In this document: in pieces, positions 1 through 12,100 of the stretch
Layout: every line of letters starts with the position of its first letter
How positions within the stretch are numbered: the first letter of the stretch is position 1
Source: Anthoceros angustus
Taxonomy: Eukaryota > Plantae > Anthocerotophyta
DNA length: 64,000 nt
Assembly: GCA_010909165.1 (NCBI GenBank)
Contig: MU008236.1
Span: 6,081 to 70,080, forward strand
Reading direction: 5' to 3'
Notes under the pieces: generated by a model
Databases searched by the model: none
What the model was told of the DNA's origin: nothing
What the model saw: the letters and a program-made list of their open reading frames with translations, nothing else
Made by a program: the position numbers and the translations under genes

Positions 1-621
1 TGCGTCCGCTGGGGACTCCTCTTGTGGCCTCCTCCTACAGCAGTGCTCCCACTAACTCAGAGAATGTGAGCTCAGGGAGTTTGATATTGGCTACCTTAGC
101 CAATTTCTCAGCTTGCATCTGAGAGGTATTATAAGACGTCACAAAGTGTGACCAGGAGGCAGGCAAGGAGAGCAATAGATACATAACGTATAGCTCATCC
201 TTCAAGGGTTCCCTAGAGGAGCTTTCTAGCTTCGAAACTAGGGTCCTGAAGTTGCCTATATGTTTTTCTATTGACTCCCCTTCCTTCATTTTAAGGTTGT
301 GGAGATTCTTAAGAGCAGTCATCTGGCTTGTGGTGTTGGAGCCAGAGTACAGATCCTGGAGACGATTCCACACATCTGCTGCAGTGTTAGCTCCGACAGT
401 TTGCCTCAACATGTCTGATGTTAGGCCACTTCGGAGCAGATACAAGGCTGCGTCATTCTTGACTGACCATGCATCCTGATCCTCCTGAGCTTCTGATGTC
501 GGTTTCTCCGTTCCATCTGTTACCTTCCAAAGCTTTTTAGCCTGGAGTGCTCCCTTCATCCTCATGACCCAGATATCGTAGTCATGCCCTCCGAATCTAT
601 CTTTTTCCTTAAAACTATCAT
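1..621 (-). mobile_element. Ty1/Copia gag fragment (element continues beyond window start)
   Basis: ORF 35..565 plus a frameshifted 5' extension reading FGGHDYDIWVMRMKGALQAKKLW; TAADVWNRLQDLY, LKMKEGESIEKHIGNFRTLV and LLLSLPASWSHFV are typical Copia gag motifs. The stop at 35-37 replaces the expected Q of GALL(Q)EEA. Confidence 0.9.
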
Positions 622-769
622 ATGAGATTCCACGGAAGGAAGGCCATCACCCATCTTTGCTTTCCTATGATTGGGTTACCCACTCAACAAGAAATCTATG
701 TCGGAATCACTACTAATACCTCTTTCTGTTACAGGCATAACATGCACTCTGATCTGAAAAAGGAGACTA

Positions 770-3700
770 GAGTATTCATTCCAAGTTTGGAGCAGGTGCG
801 TTGAGCTAAGCCTGCACCTATGGATTTGTGTGCTACAGATCAATGATCACGATCTGTGCAACTAATCACAACGCTTCTGCAGGCCCTACAGGATCATGTA
901 AGGATGCAAGCTGTTCAGTTTCCCTTTGTGCAATCTGATTACGTCTAATTTCCCACCTATTATTTGCGTAGGTGGAACATGAGGGACAGGCATTGGGCTC
1001 ATTAAAACTATACTGATGATTCGTTTTCTTCACAGATTTCATGGCTTTGGCGAAACATAGGGTTACTAGCGATTCGCCTTGAGCCACTAGCGAAACCATG
1101 CCCTAACCTCGGTTATGGAGATGAGAGAGTGGAGCACTTTATCGTTTTACTACGGGGTTTACGGGCCAATTATTTTTAGGAGTATAGCCCTAGACTTTAC
1201 AACATGGGTTGCGTTGTTTTACTACGGTGGGGTTTCGCCACGACTCAATCGATGGCGTGGCATGGCGAAAGTCCGTTGAAAAGGGGCAATTGAGGTTGAG
1301 AACAAGATGGAGGACTTTACTACGCAAGTAGGGAAATTACTATAGGGGGTTTTACAAAGGAATCCGTTTTTTACTACAACCTTGTGTTACAACGGGCGTT
1401 TACCTTTTTCTAAGGGTCTTATTTTCTAAGCAGCCAGGTTCTAAACCCTACACGCCTTGATTTACAACGGATTTATTTTTATATTGTAGAATTTCCGTAT
1501 GGGATCACTACGGGCATATATGACACATGCAATGTGCTGTCTTTTACTAAGTTATTAATTGGATTACAACATGGCCTTTTTATGTTCGGGGTTTGCCACA
1601 AACCACGATTGAAAACCCTTCCATGTTCACACTAATGGGGGTTTGGGCCAAAGCGCCTTTATGGCATCCCACGGAAGCCTCATGGTATCTCGCTCGGCCA
1701 CCCATTGGAGAATCCGGAGTCCATGGCACAGGCATCAATTCGAGCATCGAATCTATCTCCGAAGGCAACGGCCCACTACCATGAACGCGTGCGAATTCTA
1801 GGAACTCCGCATCCGGACATCTGAACAATTCTCTGGGCATCTTCCGCGGTCACGATGGTGTCGCGTGGGGAGTTGACCCGCGCCCATGCGTGTTCAAAGG
1901 TGGCGGATGGTGGCCTCGCAGAGCAACTGCCTGCCACCCATCTCGGAGACCACACTTGGTCTGCGCCATCGATGCTTGTTAATCACAACCACAAACCCTG
2001 AAACCAAACACATGTGACCATCAATGCCCGATTAGGGGTTTGGGGAATCGCGACTTTGTTGCGGACACAGTGAAGGCAACATGCTCACCGTGTCTGGCGC
2101 TCAATCTCCGAATCGCAGGGCTAATCAGAATCACCTCCTTGAGATAAGCGCCGACGATGAGAAGAGGCCTCGAGGCGGTGGCCTCTTCTTATGGCCTCAG
2201 CCAAAGGCTGCCGCCACGTGTCTTGATCAAGCAGGCGTTTAGCCTGATCAACGGCATGCCGAATGATGCGTTGCCGCTCGTGCTTCTAATGTAACTCGAG
2301 TGGTCAAAGATGACTTGAGTGGTCAAGGCTTGATAAAGAACCCTCAGCCGTAGTTCCATGAGTGCCTTATGGATTAGGGTCCTTGGGTTTGCGGTTTCCA
2401 TGTGACTTACCTTATATTACTTGGGAACATTGCGCGTATGAAATTTTCGAAGGACAAGGACAAGCACTAGTAGGTAGGGGTCCTTGGCCTTTGGGTTTAC
2501 GATCTGTGCGGCCGGATCTGAGCCGTTCCCATGGTACAAGGATACATTACCTTAAATACACATCGAGTCGCAAAATCATCTAAGGGCGGGAACGCGGTGG
2601 GCCAGCAGCTTCGCCCGAGTTCCGCCCAAACCCTAAAAGCCATCATAGGTAGAACCACGTCCGGACGGGTGGAGCGATCGATCGACGACCAATTCTAGGG
2701 AGACCGGAGAACTTACCACGCTGTTACAACTAGGACACTTGGGCGCAAGCGGGCGGAGGAGGGATTGACGCCACATCAGCCCTCATTTGGAGTCTGTGGG
2801 ATATAGGGTAAGGGTGCACACTCCTCAGCAGATGCGCGTTGTGTGCCATGTGAGCTGCAAGTGTAGCTATATGCATGCCTTTCGTTTCCAGTGCTCTTGT
2901 TAATCACAACCAACCATGGGTCCAGATGCCAAAATCGCAGAAGATCGAGCCGCGAGGCGAACAAGGACACTCGAGTATTCATTCCAAGTTTGGGGCGAGG
3001 TGCGTTGAGCTAAACTGCACCTATGGATTGTGCTCTGAGATCAATGATCGATACGTGCAACTAATCACAGCAACTTACAGGCCCCTACGGGATCATGTAA
3101 GGATGCAAGCATTAGGTTTCCCTTTTATTGCAATGATTCGTCTAATTTCCCACCTATTATTTGCGTAGGTGGAACATGAGGGCGAACATTGGGCTCATTA
3201 AAACTATATCGATGATTCGTTTTCTTCCACAGTTTCATGGCGGTTGGCGAAACATAGGGGTTCTTGTTGATTACGCCAGCCACTATGAAACCATGCCCTT
3301 TACTAACCTCGGTTATGGAGAGATGAGAGAGTGGAGCACTTTATCGCTTTTACTACGGGGTTTCGGGCCAATTATTTTTAGGAGTATAGCCCTAGACTTT
3401 ACAACATGGGTTGCGTTGTTTTACTACGGTGGGGTTTTCGACTCAATCGATAATGATGGCGTGGCGAAAGTCCGCTTGAAAAGGGGCAATTGAGGTTCGA
3501 GAACAAGATGGAGGACTTTACTACGCAAGTAGGGAAATTACTATAGGGGTTTTACAAAGGAATCCGTTTTTACTACAACCTTGTGTTACAATTACCTTTT
3601 TCTAAGGGTCTTATTTACTAAGCAGCCAGGTTCTAAACCCTACACGCCTTGATTTACAACGGATTTATTTTTATATTGTAGAATTTCCGTATGGGATCAC

Positions 3701-5171
3701 TACGGGCATATATGACACATGCAATGGGCTGTCTTTTACTAAGTTATTAATTGGATTACAACATGGCCTTTTTTGCGTGCGTTCAGGGTTTGCCACAAAC
3801 CCTGATTGTAAACCCTTCCATGTTCACACTAATGGGGGTTTGGGCCAAAACGCGCCTTTATGGCATCTCACAGAAGCCTCATGGTATCTCGCCGCTCGGC
3901 CACCCATTGGAGAATCCCGGGCGTCCATGGCACAGGCATCAATTCGAGCATCGAATCTATCTCCGAAAGGCAACGGCCCACTACCATGAACGCGTGCGAA
4001 TTCTAGGAACTCGCATCCGGGACATCCTGAACAATTCTGGGCATCTTCCGCGGTCACGATGGTGTCGCGTGGGGAGTTGACCCGCGCCCATGCGTGTTCA
4101 AAGGTGGCGCGGATGGTGGCCTCGCGGCAGCTCGCCACCCATCTCCGGAGACCACGGTCTTCGCCATCGATGCTTGTTAATCACAACCACAAACCTGTAA
4201 ACCAAACACATGTGACCATCGAAATGCCCGATTAGGGGTTTGGAGTCGCGACTTTATTGCGGACACGCGAAGGCAACATGCTCACCGTGTCTGCGCTCAA
4301 TCTCCGTAATCGCAGGGCTAATCAATCACCTCCTTCAAGATAAGTCGCATCCGACGATGAGAAGAGGCCTCGAGGCGGTGGCCTCTTCTTATGGCCTACA
4401 GCCAAAGGCTCGCCACGTGTCTTGATCAAACAGGCGTTTGTCACATCCAACGGCATGCGGAATGATGCGTTGCCTGTGCTCGTGCTTCTACAACTCGAGT
4501 GGTCAAAGATGATGAGTGGTCAAGGCTTGATAAAGAACCCTCAGCCGTAGTTCCATGAGTGCCTTATGTCGGATTAGGGTCCTTGGGTTGCGGTGTTTCC
4601 ATGTGACTTACCTTATATTACTTGGGAACATTGCGCGTATGAAATTTTCAAGGACAAGGACAAGCACTAGTAGGTAGGGGTCCTTGGCCTTTGGGTTTAC
4701 GATCGTGGGGGCTGCTGTGAGCCGTTCCCATGGTACAAGGATACATTACCTTAAATACACATCCGAGTCTTGGCAAAATCATCTAAGGGCGGGAAGCGGT
4801 GGGCCGCGGCTGAACGCCTCTCGAGTTCCGCCCAAAACCCTAAAAGCCATCATAGGTCGAGAACCACGTCCGGACGGGGTGGAGCAATCGATCGACTACC
4901 ACGAATTCTAGGGAGACCAGAGAACTTACCACTGTTACAACTAGGACACTTGGGCAAAGCGGCGGGAGGAGGGATTGACGCCACATCGCCCTCATTTGGA
5001 GTCCATGGGATATAGGGTAAGGGTGCACACTCGGCGGATGCGCGTTGTGTCCCATGTGAGCTGCAAGTGTAGCTATAGGCATGCCTTTCGTTTCTGCTCT
5101 TGTTAATCACAACCAACCATGGGTCCAGATGCCAAAATCGCGAAGATCGAGTGGCAGAACAAGGACACTCG
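770..5171. repeat. Head-to-tail tandem duplication, 2 x ~2.2 kb (770-2972, 2973-5171)
   Basis: GAGTATTCATTCCAAGTTTGG starts at both 770 and 2973. The units are colinear to ...ACAAGGACACTC and differ mostly by 1-3 bp indels. Confidence 0.95.
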
Positions 5172-6015
5172 GGCTTGGCGGCATGCAATGGTTGCCGGAA
5201 ATGCCGCTGGAGGCAACCGTGGAGGGGATGACGGACCCAAAGTTGGTTGTACTTGACAAGAACATGGAAGTGGCGCCGCTTTCTTGGACCGTCACCCGAG
5301 ATTGAAGGCGCATGGCGGAATGTTAAAGCATCACGCGATATGTCTGTCCGGGGTAGAGAATGAAGAGCCGAAAAACGGGCTTCAAGCGGGCATGGGGATA
5401 CCGCGCAAACGGGCGGTGGGAAAGGCGAGATGGAACGCGCGGTGGTGGCGCTTGGTGCCGATGGCCATGGAAGAGCTCGAGTAGCGAGTTCACACCACGG
5501 CCAGCAAGCGTGGCGTGTGCACACCCCGGACATTGGGGCCCAAAACCCGTCGCCATGCGATGGCAAAGGCGCCGCTTGCTCGGGTCCGATGGTGATGTTG
5601 GGCGTGAGTCATGGTACAACGGTCTCGATGAAGATGCCTCGGATGAGGCGCCCGAAATGTGAGGGGGAGAGGTGGAGTCGGACATTGACGAGGAAGGCGC
5701 CGCAGTGAGGCGGTCAGTGGGTCTATGCCGGGCGTTATGGGCGATGTATGACCGACTGCGAGAAGAGTCTCGCGCCTCGCAATCACAACAATAAGGATTT
5801 GGCGACGAGACATGGTGGTTACCCTCGCCGCTAACCACGATGGATTGGTGGAACATGATGAGGGCCGGTAGGGATCGCCCAACGGTGAGACAACCAACGG
5901 CGGTTGTGTGTACCACAATCGTAAAAGCCAACAATGTGGGCAAATTTCGTGCGACATGTGAAGTCGCAAATGCGGAGAACCCTTTGAGAAGCCTGCAGAG
6001 CCTACCCATCGCGGT

Positions 6016-7150
6016 GTGGATGGATTTGGTGTCTCGACATTGGAGATTGTGTGTTGCCAGTGCGGTGTCTTACTTGGTGGTGCGAGTTTCAAAGAACTTC
6101 CTCGTGATGAAGATGTTGAGGAAGATGTTGAGGACACCCTTCCTCCGAATGCCGGATGTGGAGGTGAAGGGCAAGAGGGGTCCAAAGCGGAAGAGGGTTC
6201 ATCATATCTCCCAGTGTTGCCCAACATCCGCATCCTTTTGGTACGCAACTTGCGCTCATGAAATCTTGTTAGGGTTACATGGGGTACATATTTATCCACG
6301 AAATTCGGTGTGGATCCGAGTTTCGTTCAGCTGGATCGCCATGATAACCCGGCATGGTTCAGCTGTCTAACGTTCGGTAGTACTAACTCGTTGCAAGCGC
6401 TTGTTTTCCGTGGTTCATCTACCATGAGAGTCCCTCGTGCTTACCCATGAAGGAGAGTCCATTTTATGTCCGTACATATGCAATCCACTCATACATCCCT
6501 TTTGGAAACAGATCAAGCCATCCACTTCATGTTGAGACATGTATCGTGCAAACTATGGGCCATGGGAGTTTCAGCCTATTGTCCTGCAGTTTTGAGCATT
6601 AATTTGAAGTATTGGAGGAACAATGTTAGAAAGGAGGCCGTATCATTTGCGGGGAAAAAGTCGACCCCATTATGTCCCAAAGGTGTGAAGCGGGAGTATT
6701 GGGATGTGTTTTGAAGGAGGAGCAAGACAAGATAAGTGGAGTTGTGGCTCCTAGCCAGAAAAAGCGCGCCATGAGCGAGGATGAAGGAGGTAGGAAGCGG
6801 TTCATATTCATGCTTTGGGTACGGAGGTCAAGGGTTTTTAGACAGTTTAAAGCGAAGTACTCAAGGGACCCAAGCCCTGAATGAGATAAGGGCTGTAGGA
6901 AGTAATCATGGGTCTTGGCTTTCAAAGGCCGAGAGTGTATTGGAAGGAGTCCAAAATGGAGCGCTTTGGGTCCGTTGAGTGTAAATGGGGAGAAGGAGAA
7001 GGCTAATGTGGTGTGGGACATGTTGAAGGAGGCGGGATATCGGCGATGAATGCGATGGGAAAGTCATGGAGGCCATCATGAAGCACAATGTTGAGAGGGC
7101 GGGTGGATGGTGAGGGAATATCTTCCCGCAAATTGGCAAAGGATGCCGAG
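6016..7150 (+). pseudogene. Degenerate ORF inside the CACTA element, possibly a TnpA-like (Ptta/En/Spm) protein
   Basis: Joined frames read WRNNVRKEAVSFAGKKSTPLCPKGVKREYWDVF-KEEQDKISG...GGRKRF...QFKAKYSRDPSPE, loosely matching the P-x-V-x3-W ... GSKSF ... GREP pattern of Ptta/En/Spm proteins. By-eye match only. Confidence 0.4.
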
Positions 7151-7434
7151 GGCTAAGGATGCATAAGCCGCCTGTGAGAGTCCTTCTTGTCTTTAGACAC
7201 CCTGTTTGTCCATGCTTTTACATTTCTTTGCTAATGGCTGCTTTTTTGCAGTTGGACAATTTTGGGGCTCGCCATAGAGATGTTGTGTCAGGAGAAGACA
7301 CAAGTGCACCTTGTGCAGCAGGATGAGCCGAGACTCGAATGATGGCGTGGTCTAGATAGTAGATTCAGCCATATTTTGTGAACAAACTCCTAAACACTCT
7401 AAGCCCCTTTTCTTTTACAAATGCTTTTAGGGAT

Positions 7435-7675
7435 CATTCACTTACTACGATACTTTTACTACGGATATTTTCATTTCAGCGCTTTATTATAAGGGTTTTA
7501 CTACATTACTTTTACTACAAGAGTTTTACTATATTACTTTTACTACAAAAGTTTTACTACATTGCTTTTACTACAAGAGTTTTACTACATTGTTTTACTA
7601 CAAGAATTTTACTATATTACTTTTACTACAAGAGTTTTACTACATTACTTTTACTAAAGAGTTTTACTACGATCG
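7435..7675. repeat. Subterminal minisatellite of ~14-15 bp units alternating TTTTACTACAAGAG / TTTTACTACATTAC
   Basis: Directly visible tandem TTTTACTA(C/T) cores ~370-600 bp inside the right CACTA terminus. Confidence 0.9.
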
Positions 7676-8894
7676 TTTAAATTAGACCACGTTAATTAAC
7701 CATGGTTTATTCACACCGGTTAATAAACCATGGTTTGTTCTTGATGATTTAAACGACACGAGTTAATAACTAATCATGGTTAAAATGGGTTTACCCCGTA
7801 GTAAGCGATGAAAGTAATTTATGTCGTAATTACACAAGTGGGTAACTACAGGTGCGTGAAGAGAATACATCATATAAATACCGTATTAAATTATAGTATT
7901 TATCCCTATATACGGTATGAGGACATTACCACGGAAATTAACGCTTTGTCTTTACTACGGGTGTTTTACTACTGGAGTAGTAATTGCATAGTAAAGTCTG
8001 TTGTAAAGTCCGTTGTAAAGGTTATGTTTTCCTTGTAGTGAGCAAGGTGTGAAGTTTGAAGTCTATATGCCTGATCTGTTCCTGCACGTCTTTCAAATCT
8101 ATGCCAAGGGTTGCGATGGTTCTGTTGGTGTGAACATGACGCCTATCAACATATTGAGAATGAGTCTCGATTCTTTGGGCCAACTGATACTGAAGCCTGT
8201 TGTGCAGATTGTGCGGTCAGAAAACTGTTAGGGTTACCAATAGCAGTTTCTGGAGGACGCTGTAGAAGCCGCCTAGGATTAGTTGTGAAAGTCAGATGCT
8301 GGAAATCTGGGTAGAGAAGTTCCACGATGGTGTTGAAAGCCCGCTCAAGCTCAAATGTTTGGGCAGGCCTGTCCTGATTTCTGACAGTCCATTCGTAGGT
8401 TCTTTGATGTAATCTCTCCGCAATATTCCTATCTGCAGCTCTCGTCCTGGGGCGGTTCTGCCTTTGTTCAATCTGCTCAGCGCGAGGTTGCCATTGCTGG
8501 CCCTCGTCGCGTCGTGCCATCTAGGATGGCTGAAACTCTGATTGTAGGAATGCACTCAGAATGCATCCTGTAATTTTCTTTTGAATTTATATGTATTGCC
8601 TTGTAATGCCTATTGCCTGATCTGACAGGTGTCCTAGCGAACCTATATCAGAATTGCTCAAATAGCAATCTGATATAGATGCACTAGGGTGCTCTCCAGA
8701 TCTGCAAGTGCATTTGCAAAACCAGCAATTTAAAAACAACAAGAAAAACAATCAAAGTTTCATTTCTTGATTTGTGTTTTGTTTATCCTTTAAAGAACAT
8801 TCTTAAAAAGATAAGAACCAAAAACACACGTTTGTGCATATCCAAATATGCACAATTTGATGTGCATTCTCTAGAATGCAATCCACGCTATGTA

Positions 8895-9108
8895 CGTCTG
8901 ATACCATGACAAATAACATAAATAACGCAGACCAATTAAACATTAATTACATTGTGTATATCAAGAACAAGTAAGTGCTTATACAAAGTAAGACAAACTT
9001 AAACTAAAACTGAAAGGGTATGTCTATTCATCTAAGGGACGTAACCCTAGCCAAGAGGTAGGCTAACTTAGGTTCCTTTTAATCTGACTTCTTAACGTGC
9101 TGATAACA
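8895..9108 (-). mobile_element. 5' LTR (~8907-9108) and tRNA-iMet PBS (8895-8906) of the minus-strand Copia whose gag is at 1-621
   Basis: Minus strand reads ...TTTGTCA|TGGTATCAGACG (PBS consensus TGGTATCAGAGC). A candidate LTR start TGTTATCA is at 9108. Orientation matches the gag. The second LTR is outside the window. Confidence 0.6.
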
Positions 9109-9165
9109 CTCAAGTAACCCTTAAGTTCATCACAATCATTACCTACACGCGTTCACAACCTCAGC

Positions 9166-12100
9166 CGCCTCAACAAGCAAGGCGCCCTCTAACTCTCCCT
9201 CTACAGTAGCTGCACCACTAGCACTGCTCCAAAAATTCACCAACTCCCGACCTACAAAGACACCACAGAATTGTAGGCCATGCCTCAGCGGAAAGGAGTC
9301 CACCACGGGTGCCTAGGGACCCCCTGACCCACGCCGCAATTTTGTCCCCACCTCTAAGACTAACTCCTCCAACAATTTGAGCACCTTCTTGTTCTGATTT
9401 GGGATTCATCCCTTAGGCTCACTTGTGGCTTCCTTCCACTATTACCTACACTCTAATTATCTACTCATCTCCCTCCTCCACGCTCAACTCAACTCTCCAT
9501 TCTCCTCCTACTCTAACTTCACTTCAAGCTCACAGGCCCCGGCTCGCCCTTACGACACAACTGCCTAGGGTCCGCCTATAAGCCAACAAGTTCTTCCTTG
9601 GGCCGGTTGCTGAGGTTGACACTGTGCCGAGAACCTCCGAGTCTTTCCCACATGAGTCTACCCTCAAGCCGAGTTCCTTGGGCATCGCCACACCCAAAGC
9701 AAAGCAATTTCACAGCAACCATTCACGAGGGGAGCAACTCGTCGAGGCGCCCGTAGGGAGCGAGCCCTCTACCAAGCACTCCAATCACCGCGAACTTCCT
9801 CTCTACTAGACACTGCGTTAGCTTGCAGCCGGCACAAAATTCCTTCTCAGGGAGCAAAGGACTCGCGTGTATGGAAGTGCAAGACGTGATAATTTACTTC
9901 ATGAAATCCTCCCCCTCTTATAGGGGGATCCTCACATGCGACCTCCCTCTGGTGTTCCCGCTGTAGGCCACCTTTTCCAATAGTCTATTATTCCCTACCA
10001 CCAGTATTTAAGTCCTGGCATCCAAGTCTATTGTCTTATCCTAAGTAAAATTCTATTCTAGTAGGTTCACCAATGTCAATCTTTAAATGAGTTCAGCCTA
10101 CACCACCTAACGTTCCCATTTCCCAAAGCACATTTATGGCCATTGACCAATTTGATCCTTATCCTGCTGGGATGGTGACGGGTTCTCTTCTGGTTGGCCT
10201 CCTCCTGCCCTCTTGGCTGCTGGCTCTTCCATAGCCTCAGGCTCCTCTCTAACTTGTGGGGTAAGGGTCTTTCTTGCCCCTTCTTCATTCACCGCGGGGG
10301 GTGGCCCTCCGCTCCCTCTTTCCTCCGTTGGTCGTGCCTCGCCTCCATCACGGGCCGGCCCGTCATCGCTGGTCTTCATCGCTGGCCGCGCCTCTGCAGT
10401 ACCCGTCCTACCGAGGTAGGCTGGCAACCTACCGGGGTAGGCTGACACCCTACCGTGGTAGGTTGGTCACTTTCCTCCAGTGCTGCTCCCTTCTTTCCCT
10501 CATTTTTGGGGAGGGCTTTTGGGTCAAGTTCCCCTTTGCTCTCCTGCCTGTTGTTGGATTTGTCCATACATACCATAGAGCATCCTTAGTGATCCTTCCC
10601 TCCCATCAACCCACCGGGCGACGTCTTCTTCACCTATTGATCCCTCCTCATCCTTTAATGTTGATCTCCTCCGGCGTTGTCACTCCTTCCGCCGGTTTGC
10701 CATCCACTACAGGGGGTACGTTGTTGAGTTCCCCCGACTCTTCGTTGCTCTTGTCAGGCCCTCCATGGCCTGTCCCTTCCCTTGGACCTACGCCCGTAGG
10801 CCCTTGTTCTACCACGGTAGGCGGTAGATTGCCTTCCTACCATAGTAGGGTGATCACCTACCGTGGTAGGCTGATCACCTGCAAGCGTAGGTTGACTTTC
10901 TGCTTCTTGTGCCCTCACCTTCCCGTGGCGCTGTAGAATCCTCCCTCTCCATTCCTTCCTCCAACTCCTCATGGGCCCAAGTCGCTCCCGCCTCATGAAG
11001 TCGGGCCTCCCGGCCTCACTCTCATGAGGGCCTCTCTATCATCATCATAGGCCCTAGTGCCCTTCTTTGTGAGGCGTAGCACCTTATTATTGGCCTTGAG
11101 AATTTGATTGTGGAGATGAACTCCCAAGCTCTGGTACTTCATCTCAAGGTCGTCAAGGTCTTCAGGCCACGCCCCTTCTTCACACCTACATTTGTAGACG
11201 TCCCTTGCCAAAGTCAATTCCCCCACTCTTACATGGAGGGCGATGTTTTCTTCCCTGGCCTCCTTCAATTGGTTGGTCAATTTTTCTATGGCATAATCTG
11301 CCCGAAATTTTCTCTTCTTGACCACCAACATCCTATGCACCACTGCTTGGTGGTGCTTCTCTTGCTAAGCCTTCTCTTGCTCTCCTTCCTCGACTCGTCT
11401 CGTGAGTTCCAACTGCCGGGCATTCCTCTCGCATTCCATCTCCTTTTCGAGAGATCTTGTTTGACTAGCTCGGTGCCTCTCACCTCCAGACTTAACCGAG
11501 TTTTTGCAGCTCCTCTTCCACATCCGGATCTTGATGGCTTGGGTAGCCGCCTCCTGCGCCTCAACAAGCAAGGCGCCTCTAACTCTCCCTCTGATTTTGC
11601 ACCACTAGCATGCTCCAAAATTCACCAACTCCCGACCTACAAAGACACCACAGAATTGTAGGCCATGCCTCAGCGGAAAGGAGTCCACCACGGGTGCCTA
11701 GGGACCCCCTGACCCACGCCGCAATTTTGTCCCCACCTCTAAGACTAACTCCTCCAACAATTTGAGCACCTTCTTGTTACAGATTTGGGATTCATCCCTT
11801 AGGCTCTGCTTGTGGCCTTCCACTATTACCTACACTCTAATTATCTACTCATCTCCCTCCTCCACGCTCAACTCAACTCTCCATTCTCCTCCTACTCTAA
11901 CTTCACTTCAAGCTCACAGGCCCCGGCTCGCCCTTACGACACAACTGCCTAGGGTCCGCCTATAAGCCAACAAGTTCTTCCTTGGGCGGCAGGGTTGACA
12001 CATGTGAGAACCTCCGTGGAGTCTTTCCCCATAGTCTACCCTGGGCCGAGTTCCTTGGGCATCGCCACACACCCAAAGCAAAGCAATTTCCAAAGAACCA

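Larger units (their letters stand above)
3281..8040. mobile_element. CACTA (En/Spm) DNA transposon, probably non-autonomous; left end also present in the duplicate copy at 1085
   Basis: Right end TTTTCCTTGTAGTG (8027-8040; reverse complement CACTACAAGGAAAACATAACCTTTACAAC). Left end CACTATGAAACCATGCCCTTTACTAAC at 3281. The 3-bp TSD AGC lies at 3278-3280 (and 1082-1084) and at 8041-8043. TTT(T)ACTAC/TTTACAAC subterminal repeats occur at both ends. Confidence 0.85.

Noticed and set aside
681-696. CACTCAACAAGAAATC as the left CACTA terminus
   Set aside because: It is not an exact CACTA, has no matching TSD, and its similarity to the right TIR does not extend. The 1085/3281 end satisfies all three criteria.
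7435-7675. CRISPR-like array (also the ATACTCGGGAC repeats near 17050-17120)
   Set aside because: There are no unique spacers of constant length and no cas genes, and the context is a eukaryotic transposon.
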